In this document: positions 40,334-49,091 of the stretch, piece by piece
Position numbering within the stretch: the stretch's first letter is position 1
Layout of the letters: each line of letters begins with the position of its first letter
Source of the DNA: Candidatus Staskawiczbacteria bacterium
Lineage (GTDB): Bacteria > Patescibacteriota > Minisyncoccia > Minisyncoccales > Staskawiczbacteraceae
Assembly: GCA_903928565.1 (NCBI GenBank)
Contig: CAIYRH010000007.1
Span: forward strand, 14,139-78,138
Length of the DNA stretch: 64,000 bases
Direction: 5' to 3'
Position numbers and translations under genes: made by a program
The notes under the pieces: generated by a model
The model's input: only the letters and a program-made list of their open reading frames with translations
Database searches by the model: none
What the model was told of the DNA's origin: nothing

Positions 40334-41182
40334 ATGTACATTTTTGACCCAGTGCAGTTTAAAGAATATGGTCATCGCTTTATTCAGGGCGATGATTTTT
40401 GGTATAGATGCCAATTAACCAAAAAGCTTTTCTGGAAAAGCATCTATATCCCCTTTGGGCCCGCTTGCCAAACAGAAAAAGGTTTTGAAAATTTTATAAA
40501 ACAAATTGAAACAACAAGGCTGGCAAAAGTTACAATTGATTTGCCAATGATTTATAACAATAAAATTGCACAAGATGTTATAAAAAAACTTGAAGAAAAA
40601 AATTATAAAAAAGTGCCCTATGTTTTTCAAGACGAAGAAACACTTTTATTGTTTAAAGATAAATTTAAATTTGATAGCCAAAAAAGAAACAGTATAAACA
40701 ATGGTTATAAAGCGACAAATGTTGTAGTAAAAAGCAAACTTTCGGAAAAAGAAATTAACGACATTTATAAAATATATTTAGAATCTGGCCAACGAATTGG
40801 TTACAGCCCAAAACCAAAAGATGTGTTTTTAAAATTGTCTGAAAACTGTTTGGCGGCATTAGCACTGGGGAAAGAAACTGGCGAAGTAGAGGGTTATGCC
40901 TTTGGTTATTTTATGGATTATGGAAAGACTAATTTTTCAGAAAAAGAAAATAACAAAATATTTTTGAATATGTTTACAGGGGTGAATGCCGAAGGCAGAG
41001 CACATAAAATAGGCCACGCCTTGCACTACGAATTATTTAAAAGCGCCTTTGAAAATGGGGCCGACATTGTTGATTTGCGTGGAGCCAGCCGAACAAAAAA
41101 AAGAAGCTATATCCACTTTAAGCACGACTTTTCAAATGATTTTTTTGACTTGCCGGGAAGTTTCACAAAAATATACTTATAG
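40334..41182 (+). CDS. FemABX-like peptidyl transferase/GNAT
   Basis: FIQGDDF, YIPFGP, VDLRG, HFKHDF; start taken at MYIFDP. Confidence 0.65.
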   Translation: MYIFDPVQFKEYGHRFIQGDDFWYRCQLTKKLFWKSIYIPFGPACQTEKGFENFIKQIETTRLAKVTIDLPMIYNNKIAQDVIKKLEEKNYKKVPYVFQDEETLLLFKDKFKFDSQKRNSINNGYKATNVVVKSKLSEKEINDIYKIYLESGQRIGYSPKPKDVFLKLSENCLAALALGKETGEVEGYAFGYFMDYGKTNFSEKENNKIFLNMFTGVNAEGRAHKIGHALHYELFKSAFENGADIVDLRGASRTKKRSYIHFKHDFSNDFFDLPGSFTKIYL

Positions 41183-41195
41183 TTTTTTTGCAACT

Positions 41196-41226
41196 AAAAA
41201 TCCGAGGCAAACCTCGGATTTTTTTT
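41196..41226. terminator. Bidirectional intrinsic terminator
   Basis: aaaaatccgagg-caaa-cctcggattttt. Confidence 0.85.
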
Positions 41227-41252
41227 ACAAACTACTCACTACCAACTACAAA

Positions 41253-41609
41253 CTATTTGTCGCACTTCAAGCAAGTTTTTGCCTCGGGGCAAGCAAGCAA
41301 TCTTTCTTCGTCTATTTTTTTTCCGCAGTTTTCGCAAACGCCATAAGTCCCTTTTTCTATTTTTTCTAAAGCACTAACTACGTCTTTTAATTTTGATTCC
41401 AAGCTATATTCTAAAGATAATTTATTGTTGTATTCTTGGACTTCATCGGCTTCTTCGTCTTTGTCGCCCTCTTCCCTATTTGGGTATTTGGTATCCCAGT
41501 TATTTTTTAAGTTGGGGTCTTCTTTTGCAAAACTTTCTAGCTCACCTTGAATAGATTTTTTTTGTTCTTCAAGTTTTTCTTTTAATTCATCTAATAACTT
41601 TTTTTCCAT
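41253..41609 (-). CDS. DksA/TraR C4 zinc-finger protein
   Basis: GTYGVCENCGKKIDEERL..PEAKTCLKC. Confidence 0.9.
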   Translation of the reverse strand: MEKKLLDELKEKLEEQKKSIQGELESFAKEDPNLKNNWDTKYPNREEGDKDEEADEVQEYNNKLSLEYSLESKLKDVVSALEKIEKGTYGVCENCGKKIDEERLLACPEAKTCLKCDK

Positions 41610-41623
41610 TATCTTATTTTTTA

Positions 41624-42646
41624 TTATTTAATATTACTTTGTTTTTGACCCCCGCCCGATTGCACACCCTTATCTACGTCTTGTAAAAACTTTTTTCGGG
41701 CCTCTTCTTCATCCGCAAAAGATTTTACGGGTTTTTTTGTTGGCACGGGCATTGTAAGTGAGGCTGTTTTTCTGGGCACCGCTATTGGCGTGTTTTTCCA
41801 TTGTTGCCTTTGCATTTTTTCATTTTCTGCGGCTCTAACCTTGGCCAAGGCCTCGCGCTTGGCAACTTGTTCGGCGGCAAGCCCCTTTCGCTTTTCTTCT
41901 TCTCTGGCCATTATAACAGAATAAATTTCTCTTAACGATTTATCCGCTCCTAAAACTTTTTCACGCAGACCATTTTTTTCTAATACCATGTTTTCAGAAG
42001 ACTTATCAATTTCTGTAACTTTGGCAGTTGTTTCTTGAATGTCTTTTTCTGCTACCCACCTTCTTTTTTCCACTTCTTTTATTTTTTCATCTAAATCCCA
42101 GCGCGATTGTTCTAGCCCTTTCCGCTCTTCTGGAATGGTGGTTGTTTTTTCTTTTTCAACAATAAATTTTTGTTCGTCTTCAAACTTTTTTTCTTCGGCT
42201 AAAATTGCATTTAACTTTTCTTGTTGTGTGCGTTTTTGTAATAATAAATTATTTTTTTCTAATTTTAAAGCTGGGTCTTTTACTTTATCAATGTCGTCAA
42301 TTTGTTTTTCAAAGCCAAGCCTTTGCGACTCTAACAAAAATATTTGTTGGCGTTCTTGCTCGGTGGCATAATTTTTTAAATCTTTTTCGGCAACTCTTTC
42401 TTGGCCTTCATTTTTTGTTAATACTTCGTCTCTGCCAATTTTTTCTACAACTTTTTTTGCGCCTGCTAATTCATTGGCCTTTTGTCTTTCTGTAAGTTGT
42501 TCTTCTAAAGTTTTTAACTTAACAATTTTATCTCTTTCTCTAAGAGCATCGGTTTCGCGAAGGGCCATTAGGTCTTTTTTCATTGTACGAATTTCGGCCC
42601 TCTTTAAAAATTCTTTTGCTTGTAGTTCTTCTGCTTGTGTTGGCAT
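41624..42646 (-). CDS. Coiled-coil hypothetical protein
   Basis: IRTMKKDL N-terminus, long E/K/Q-rich heptads. Confidence 0.75.
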   Translation of the reverse strand: MPTQAEELQAKEFLKRAEIRTMKKDLMALRETDALRERDKIVKLKTLEEQLTERQKANELAGAKKVVEKIGRDEVLTKNEGQERVAEKDLKNYATEQERQQIFLLESQRLGFEKQIDDIDKVKDPALKLEKNNLLLQKRTQQEKLNAILAEEKKFEDEQKFIVEKEKTTTIPEERKGLEQSRWDLDEKIKEVEKRRWVAEKDIQETTAKVTEIDKSSENMVLEKNGLREKVLGADKSLREIYSVIMAREEEKRKGLAAEQVAKREALAKVRAAENEKMQRQQWKNTPIAVPRKTASLTMPVPTKKPVKSFADEEEARKKFLQDVDKGVQSGGGQKQSNIK

Positions 42647-42664
42647 AATTTTATAAGTTTTAAT

Positions 42665-43408
42665 TTATTGGCATTGTTCTTCCCATGTGCGTAAACATTT
42701 TTGTTTTACTTCGCACCAAGTATAACCGGCCGAGCCAATGCAACCATGAGAATCTCTGTCGTCACCTACAACTATGGGTGCTGGGTTTGCAGATCCAGTT
42801 AACTTAAAAGTAGATATAATTTTGTTAAATGTATCTTTTGTTAAAAATGTTGCTTCATCTGGAAATTGTACAGCCCCAAAGACAACATATGACGTGTCAC
42901 CTATTGGAAAATAAGCTTGAAAGTCATTTGTTTGAACCCCGCTTTTGATAGGGTTATAATAAAATTCTTTACCATTTATGCCATTGACGGATATATTTTC
43001 TACGGTAAAATTGCTACCTTCTTTTTTTATTTGTGCGATATAGTCATCCATTATTTGTCTAAAAGTTACGGTTTTGCCATAAATTTCATCGGGATAAGTT
43101 CTAACATCAAAGTAATCTCCCAAACTAACTATGACACTCCATGCATGTGTTTCTTCTTTTAGCGCGTCCCATTGTTGTGAGTTGGGATAATTAAATTCAA
43201 ATCCATATTGTGCATTTTTGAATGTTTTCCAATTGGCTGTTAAGTCGGCGGGTTTCTGAGTTTGTGTTTGCGTTGTGGGTGCTTTAAACCAGCTCATTAT
43301 ATTCCAGTTCCAACTGAATGGGTTCCACCACGCGGCCAGCGCAACCGAAGGTACAACTAAAACAGCAATAAATAATATTAATAAAAATTTAAAATATTTG
43401 TGTTGCAT
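42665..43408 (-). CDS. Secreted PsbP-like protein with Cys-rich tail
   Basis: Signal peptide, WKTFKNAQYGFEFNYP, IISTFK, DSHGCIGSAGYTWC tail. Confidence 0.7.
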   Translation of the reverse strand: MQHKYFKFLLILFIAVLVVPSVALAAWWNPFSWNWNIMSWFKAPTTQTQTQKPADLTANWKTFKNAQYGFEFNYPNSQQWDALKEETHAWSVIVSLGDYFDVRTYPDEIYGKTVTFRQIMDDYIAQIKKEGSNFTVENISVNGINGKEFYYNPIKSGVQTNDFQAYFPIGDTSYVVFGAVQFPDEATFLTKDTFNKIISTFKLTGSANPAPIVVGDDRDSHGCIGSAGYTWCEVKQKCLRTWEEQCQ

Positions 43409-43439
43409 ATTTTTAAATTATAAATTATAAGATTTTGCA

Positions 43440-44318
43440 TTATTTGCAATCTTGAGGACAATTGCATTTATTTTCCATGCTGGCACACTTTCCATCACCG
43501 CATTTGATACACGTACCAATATCGCCAGGAGGCGGAGTTTTGTTTATGGAACAATCGTTATTATATTCATGACCTGTTATTGCTTTTAGGCCGGTACAGC
43601 ATTGCGCGGGGAATCCCGCGCCTGAAGGGCGCATTTTTTCACTTTCTTTGGCGCATACAACGGGCGTTGTAAATTTAAAAGTGGAAATAATTTGGTTGGC
43701 AACTTTGGCGGCATTTACGTTATTATTATCAAAGCCATAGCCAACGCTTAATTCTTCCCCATTATTTAATTCAAAAATTATTCTCACGGAATTTAGTTTT
43801 GTCGGACTACCTATTTCATGTTCGCCCAAAATAGTTGTTTTTATCCCTTTTACGCCGTTAATAACAACGTTTTCTTTTTTTATGAAATCGGAACTTGATG
43901 ACCTTTCTTTTGATATCGGCGGAACTTTCCAAAACATCCAAGATATTAAAGTATAATCTGGCGGAGCATACATTCCATCTTTTTCTAAATAATTTGAGAT
44001 TGAGGTATCGCCACCGATATAGTCTTTGTTGGGCCCACGAGGTGTAAGGTCAAGATTAGAATATTGTGTGTTTATATACCAATTTGTAGGATATTTTATA
44101 GAATATCCATATTTAGTATTTGTGTATGTTTTCCAGTCAGTAGTTGCGTCGGTGGGTTTTTGAGTTTGTTGTTGTGTCGTTGATGGTCTTGAGAACCACG
44201 TTATAATATTCCAATTCCAACTGAATGGGTTCCACCACGCGGCCAAGGCAACCGAAGGTATAACTAAAACAGCAACCAACAATAAGAGAATATAATATTT
44301 TGTTGATTGCTGTTTCAT
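43440..44318 (-). CDS. Secreted PsbP-like protein, paralog with a different Cys-rich tail
   Basis: Same ALAAWWNPFSWNWNI start, WKTYTNTKYGYSIKYP, CGDGKC...NCPQDC tail. Confidence 0.7.
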   Translation of the reverse strand: MKQQSTKYYILLLLVAVLVIPSVALAAWWNPFSWNWNIITWFSRPSTTQQQTQKPTDATTDWKTYTNTKYGYSIKYPTNWYINTQYSNLDLTPRGPNKDYIGGDTSISNYLEKDGMYAPPDYTLISWMFWKVPPISKERSSSSDFIKKENVVINGVKGIKTTILGEHEIGSPTKLNSVRIIFELNNGEELSVGYGFDNNNVNAAKVANQIISTFKFTTPVVCAKESEKMRPSGAGFPAQCCTGLKAITGHEYNNDCSINKTPPPGDIGTCIKCGDGKCASMENKCNCPQDCK

Positions 44319-44338
44319 ATTTTTACTTTTTAATTTGT

Positions 44339-46486
44339 TTAATGCTTTTCGTTTTTCGGAGTGGGTTTGAAGCCTGCATCAATTGCCGATAAGTTTATTC
44401 TGCCCAGCTCGTCAACCGCCATTACTTTTACTGGAATTATTTGCCCCTCTTTTACAACTTCGCTGACACTATTTATTCTTTCTTTTACAAACTTTGAAAT
44501 ATGCACCATGCCGTCTGTGCCGGGGAATAATTCCACAAATGCTCCAAAGTCCATAATTTTTACAACTTTTCCTTGGAATGTTTCGCCAACTTCAACGTCT
44601 CTAACAATTCCTTTAATCCAAGCTACGGCTTTATCAACATCTTCTTGGTTTTGGCCAGTAACAGAAACAAATCCAGAATCTTCAATGTCTATTGCCACTC
44701 CCCCACAAGCCTCAATTATTTTATTTATTACGCTTCCTTTTGGTCCAACTACTTCTCCAATTTTTGCAGGATTAATTTTAAGTGTAGAAATTTTAGGAGC
44801 GTATGGTGATAATTGTTTTCTTGGTTCTGAAATCTCTTTCTTTATTATATCAAGTATTTTAAATCTTGCATCTTTTGCACGCGTTAAAGCCTCTTCCATA
44901 ATGTTTTTATCAATGCCATCTATTTTAATATCCATTTGAATTGCGGTAATTCCGTTGCGAGTGCCTGCAACTTTAAAGTCCATGTCGCCATAGTGATCTT
45001 CTGGGCCCTGAATGTCGGTAAGCACTTTATATTTTCCGGTTTCTTCGTCTTTGGCTAAACCAACAGAAATTCCAGCCACCGGTTCTTTAATTGGCACGCC
45101 CGCATCCATTAAGGCAATGCAAGCTGCGCAAGTTGAAGCTTGCGAAGTAGAACCATTTGAAGAAACAACTTCAGAAACAATTCTTATTGTGTAAGGGAAT
45201 TGTTCTACGTCTGGCAAAATTGGCAATAAGGCTTTTTCAACCAAGGCGCCATGCCCAATTTCTCTTCTTTTTGGCCCACGCATTGGGGCTGTTTCACCCG
45301 AAGAAAATGGAGGAAAATTATAGTGGTGCATAAACCTTTTCTTTCCAACAATTTCCATTCCTTCTAAAATTTGCTGGTCGCCAGGGCCACCCAAAGTTAA
45401 AATAGAAAGCACTCTTGTAAGCCCTCTAAAAAACACTGCGCTTCCGTGGGCCCTAGGCAAAACAGCAACTTCACAAGACAGCGCCCTAATATCAACAGAC
45501 TTTCTTCCATCTGGGCGGTAGTCTTTTTCAATAATATTCTTTATAATTATTCTTTCAATTTCTTTCTCAAAGAAAGATAATACTTGTTTTTCTTTTCCTT
45601 CGCCAGGGTGTTTTTCTGCCAAATATTTAATTAATTCGGCTTTTAAAATTTCGGTTGCCCCAAGATTTTTTTCTCCTTTTGGCGCATTATTAATTGCCTT
45701 TTCTAATTTGTCACCCAGCCAATCTTTAATTTCATTTGCAATGTCTAATTCAACTGCTGGTTCAAAAACATCTTTTTCTTTCCCAATTTTTTTAACAGCT
45801 GTAACCTGAGCTTCAATAATTTTTTTCAATTCTTTTTTGGCAACCTCGTAGGCTTCTAAAACGTCTTTTTCTGAAACTTCTTTGGCTCCCATTTCTATCA
45901 TATTAACCAAAATGTCGCCGTCTTTTTCAATGGCAGACAAAGTTAAATCCATACTGCAATCTTTTCTTTGTTCATAATTGGAATTAAAAATCCATTCAGA
46001 ACCGGCAGCAGGGTTTTTGGTAACTCTTATTGCTCCCAATGGGCCATTCCAAGGAATTTGCGAAGTGGCCAATGCAAATGAAGCACCAATCATTCCTAAA
46101 ATGTCTGGGTCATTTTCGCCGTCCCAAGACAAGCAAGTAACAATAACCTGAACTTCTTTCATGAAATCTTTTGGGAATAACGGCCTTATTGCCCTATCAA
46201 TCATTCTGGCGGTTAAAATTGCTTCTTCGCTTGGCCTGCTCTCTCTTTTCATAAAGCGTGAACCATAAATTTTACCGGCTGCGTAAAACCTTTCTTCGTA
46301 CTCAACCGTTAGCGGAAAATAATCCATGCCTTCTCTTGTGTGTGGCGACAAAACTGCGGTTACCAAAACTTTTGTTTCTCCGCACGAAACCAAACAACTG
46401 CCCGAGGCTTGCTCGGTCCAATTTGTAGTTTCAATTATGACTGGCTTTTCGCCAACCTTTATCTCAAACGTATCTTTTACTGCCAT
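44339..46486 (-). CDS. pnp: Polyribonucleotide nucleotidyltransferase
   Basis: RREIGHG, SNGSTS, GDMDFKVAG, KH and S1 domains. Confidence 0.97.
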   Translation of the reverse strand: MAVKDTFEIKVGEKPVIIETTNWTEQASGSCLVSCGETKVLVTAVLSPHTREGMDYFPLTVEYEERFYAAGKIYGSRFMKRESRPSEEAILTARMIDRAIRPLFPKDFMKEVQVIVTCLSWDGENDPDILGMIGASFALATSQIPWNGPLGAIRVTKNPAAGSEWIFNSNYEQRKDCSMDLTLSAIEKDGDILVNMIEMGAKEVSEKDVLEAYEVAKKELKKIIEAQVTAVKKIGKEKDVFEPAVELDIANEIKDWLGDKLEKAINNAPKGEKNLGATEILKAELIKYLAEKHPGEGKEKQVLSFFEKEIERIIIKNIIEKDYRPDGRKSVDIRALSCEVAVLPRAHGSAVFFRGLTRVLSILTLGGPGDQQILEGMEIVGKKRFMHHYNFPPFSSGETAPMRGPKRREIGHGALVEKALLPILPDVEQFPYTIRIVSEVVSSNGSTSQASTCAACIALMDAGVPIKEPVAGISVGLAKDEETGKYKVLTDIQGPEDHYGDMDFKVAGTRNGITAIQMDIKIDGIDKNIMEEALTRAKDARFKILDIIKKEISEPRKQLSPYAPKISTLKINPAKIGEVVGPKGSVINKIIEACGGVAIDIEDSGFVSVTGQNQEDVDKAVAWIKGIVRDVEVGETFQGKVVKIMDFGAFVELFPGTDGMVHISKFVKERINSVSEVVKEGQIIPVKVMAVDELGRINLSAIDAGFKPTPKNEKH

Positions 46487-46494
46487 TTATTTTT

Positions 46495-46579
46495 GCAGTG
46501 GAAGATGAGTTGTACGAATATGTGAAAAAGTTGAATCTCAACGCTTTCATATAGCCGCACACTTCTTCCTTCCCCCTGC
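46495..46579 (-). promoter_or_regulatory. Long pnp leader hairpin (possible RNase III site)
   Basis: gcagggggaag...cttccactgc imperfect stem of about 35 bp ending 8 nt before the pnp ATG. Confidence 0.55.
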
Positions 46580-46598
46580 GATTATCTATTATTTTTCA

Positions 46599-47105
46599 TT
46601 ATTTTTTTAGTAAGAATTTTTCAACGCCGGTATCTAAATCAATAAACTCGTCAGCGGCTTCTTTTAATTTGCCAGAAGTTGACCTACCAAAGGCAGCCAC
46701 CTCCACTCTTTTGCCCATATTTTTTAAATATTCCACTAGCGCAATAAAGTCGCCATCGCCAGAAACCAACACAACAACATCAATGCCGGGAGCCGTGCGA
46801 ATAGCATCAATTACAATTCCTACATCCCAGTCGGCTTTTTTGGCTCCGCCGTAAAATTCTTGTAAATCTTTTACTCTTGTTTCAATGCCAATTTTACTCA
46901 AAGCATCAAAAAATGGCGTTTCTTCGCCAGTTTTTGTGCGCACAACGTACCCAAAAGCTCTAATAAACTTTCTGCCTGCTACTGCTTGTTTTAAAACTTC
47001 CTGAAAATTAACTTTTGAGTGGTAGAGATTTTTTGCCGAATAGTATAAGTTTTGTACATCTATTAGCACCTCTACTCTCTGTTCTTTTGGTTTTGGTTGC
47101 ATCAC
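46599..47105 (-). CDS. NYN domain (LabA/DUF88) protein
   Basis: IDVQNL, KADWDV, SGDGDF, ADEFIDL. Confidence 0.9.
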   Translation of the reverse strand: MMQPKPKEQRVEVLIDVQNLYYSAKNLYHSKVNFQEVLKQAVAGRKFIRAFGYVVRTKTGEETPFFDALSKIGIETRVKDLQEFYGGAKKADWDVGIVIDAIRTAPGIDVVVLVSGDGDFIALVEYLKNMGKRVEVAAFGRSTSGKLKEAADEFIDLDTGVEKFLLKK

Positions 47106-47119
47106 CTTCTATATATATG

Positions 47120-47389
47120 TTATTTCTTGAGTCCTATTTTCTTTATAATTACTGCGTATCTTTTTTCCGATGTCTTTTTTAAATAGGCTAACAATTTTTT
47201 TCTTTTTATGACCATTGTTATTAAACCTTTTTTAGAGTGGATGTCTTGAGGATGCTTTTTCAAATGCAAAACAAGCTTGTCTATTGCTTTTGACAATAAG
47301 CCAATCTGAACTTCCGAAGACCCTGTGTCTTTTTCATTTATCCCAACTTCTTTTACGATTTTTGTTTTTTCTTTGGTGTTTAATGCCAT
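47120..47389 (-). CDS. rpsO: 30S ribosomal protein S15
   Basis: DTGSSEVQI, HLKKHPQDIHSKKGL. Confidence 0.96.
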   Translation of the reverse strand: MALNTKEKTKIVKEVGINEKDTGSSEVQIGLLSKAIDKLVLHLKKHPQDIHSKKGLITMVIKRKKLLAYLKKTSEKRYAVIIKKIGLKK

Positions 47390-47412
47390 TTTATAGTGTA
47401 AAAGCGCTTCCG

Positions 47413-47432
47413 CCTGCCTGCCGGCAGGCAGG
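47413..47432. repeat. 20-bp perfect palindrome CCTGCCTGCCGGCAGGCAGG
   Basis: Identical copy at 47818-47837; 21-bp variant at 8456-8476. Confidence 0.9.
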
Positions 47433-47486
47433 GCGCCTTAGTTAATTTATATAGATAGTATAAGCTATTTTCTCGGTTTTGTAAAG

Positions 47487-47557
47487 TGCCCCTACTCAGA
47501 ATCGGACTGAGATTGACTGCTTAAGAGGCAGCTACTTTACCATTAAGTTATAGGGGC
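47487..47557 (-). tRNA. tRNA-Lys(CTT)
   Basis: Cloverleaf GCCCCTA/TAGGGGC, anticodon arm gctgc-ctCTTaa-gcagt. Confidence 0.9.
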
Positions 47558-47790
47558 ATGATATTATGCAAAAACTCTTTGCCGAAGCCACTTTTAAAAT
47601 ACTTCTCTCTTTTTCTGGCTTCTGCTCTGTTTTTACAAGCTTCTTTATATATTATTTTAAATGGTCTTCTGTATTTTGTGGATTTTGTCATTCCAGAGTT
47701 ATGCCCGATTAATCTTTTTTCGGGATTTTCAGAAATGCCTATATACAGATGTTTATCTTTTATGCTTTGTAGGGCGTAAGTATACCACAT
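47548..47790 (-). CDS. GIY-YIG nuclease
   Basis: YTYAL...LYIG...RL..HNSG..KSTK.RRP...RE.YFKSG; true start probably MWYTY. Confidence 0.9.
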   Translation of the reverse strand: MWYTYALQSIKDKHLYIGISENPEKRLIGHNSGMTKSTKYRRPFKIIYKEACKNRAEARKREKYFKSGFGKEFLHNIMPL

Positions 47791-47799
47791 AAATCTCAA

Positions 47800-47858
47800 A
47801 TTAAAATAGAACTGCTCCCTGCCTGCCGGCAGGCAGGTACCAATTGAGCTACGGGGGC
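47800..47858 (-). pseudogene. tRNA 5'-half remnant interrupted by the 20-bp palindrome
   Basis: Removing 47818-47837 restores GCCCCCGTAGCTCAATTGGTAGAGCAG. Confidence 0.75.
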
Positions 47859-47870
47859 ATAAAATTGGGG

Positions 47871-48236
47871 CTATAAATAATTGCCTGTCCACCCAACCGC
47901 ACCCAGGGCAAAGTTTACGATTGCTTTTGTGGCAAAAGCTAACACAAGTCCAATAACTGCCGCATAAAAAACTTTTTTACCAATGCCCATTCTCCCAGGG
48001 TCTCCCGCAGAAGTCATCATTAAGACGCCTCCTATAATAATGGCTACTACAGCCAAGGGTGCCGCTATTTTGGTAACAAGAAAGTCGTAAATATTATTTG
48101 CCGTTGTGAAAACGTCGTTTAGTGCACAGTTGTCCGTGCAGGAAACTAACCCATTATTTTGTGCTTTTGCCAAAACCGGAACAAAAATTATTGATAATAA
48201 GCACAACGTAAGAATTGCGAATAATATTTTTTTCAT
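47871..48236 (-). CDS. VirB2/TrbC-like pilin
   Basis: Signal peptide, GLVSC..NC, TM-SAGDP..GKK-TM. Confidence 0.75.
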   Translation of the reverse strand: MKKILFAILTLCLLSIIFVPVLAKAQNNGLVSCTDNCALNDVFTTANNIYDFLVTKIAAPLAVVAIIIGGVLMMTSAGDPGRMGIGKKVFYAAVIGLVLAFATKAIVNFALGAVGWTGNYL

Positions 48237-48245
48237 GTTTTAAAG

Positions 48246-48312
48246 TGCCCTCGCCAGGACTCGCCCAGTCATTCGACTGGGCGTCGGGTTGTATAACCCG
48301 ACGAACCCCTGT
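48246..48312 (-). pseudogene. tRNA 3'-half remnant with a 40-bp double-hairpin insert in the T-loop
   Basis: Removing 48262-48301 gives GGTTCGAGTCCTGGCGAGGGCA. Confidence 0.65.
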
Positions 48313-48329
48313 TGTTGTGGAAACGTTTG

Positions 48330-48401
48330 TGCCCCTAGGAAGATTCGAACTCCCAACGTTTGGTTCGAAGCCAAATATGATATCCATTTCACCATAGGGG
48401 C
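48330..48401 (-). tRNA. tRNA-Arg(TCG)
   Basis: GCCCCTA/TAGGGGC, tttgg-ctTCGaa-ccaaa, TTCGAAT T-loop. Confidence 0.92.
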
Positions 48402-48470
48402 AGACATTTTCACCACGAGGGCAAAATTAGCTTATTATTATTTTAACCTAAAAGGGCCCAAAAAACAATT

Positions 48471-49088
48471 CTACAAAATGTTTTTAAGCTCGGCTATGCT
48501 TTTGTGTATTTTTTCTGAATGTTCGGCATCTTTTGAATATGGTCCTTTCACTAAAAAAATTTTAGCATTTTCCCCAATTGCCTTTTGCATTGCCAAAGAT
48601 TGGTCAGCTCTGTCATTTATAATAAGAACCTCTTCATTTGAGTTGGCCAACTCTTTTAGAAAATCATTTTGCGTTTTGTCTTTTTCTTCGCAAATAATTT
48701 TTTCAAAGTATTTTTTTATGCACGAGCTGTCAATTTTTGGTTGTTGCATTTGGGGGTCGCCAAATGTCATTAACACCATTTTGTATCCCCTACCCTTTAA
48801 ATAGGCCAAGGTGTCTTCTGCCCCTGGGAATAAATAGTTGTCTGTATTTTTTACTAATTTTTCAAATTCTTCTTTTATTTTATTTTCCTCTTCGTTATTT
48901 TTTATGTGACCGGAATCTTTTAAAAATTTTATGTGTTTAAACGGGTTGTAACCAACTCCATGTTTTTTAAAAAGCTCTTGGCCGTGAGCTTCGTTTTCTT
49001 CAAAAGTCAATTTAAAAACTTTGCTTTTGTCAGCTTTAAATCTTTCAATGTCTAACAGCGTGTGGTCTAAATCAAAAAGTAAAATCAT
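48471..49088 (-). CDS. HAD-family hydrolase
   Basis: FDLDHTL motif I. Confidence 0.85.
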   Translation of the reverse strand: MILLFDLDHTLLDIERFKADKSKVFKLTFEENEAHGQELFKKHGVGYNPFKHIKFLKDSGHIKNNEEENKIKEEFEKLVKNTDNYLFPGAEDTLAYLKGRGYKMVLMTFGDPQMQQPKIDSSCIKKYFEKIICEEKDKTQNDFLKELANSNEEVLIINDRADQSLAMQKAIGENAKIFLVKGPYSKDAEHSEKIHKSIAELKNIL

Positions 49089-49091
49089 TAG

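Noticed and set aside
47791..47892. N-terminal extension of the GIY-YIG ORF
   Set aside because: It translates a tRNA remnant and the palindrome; the domain starts at MWYTY.
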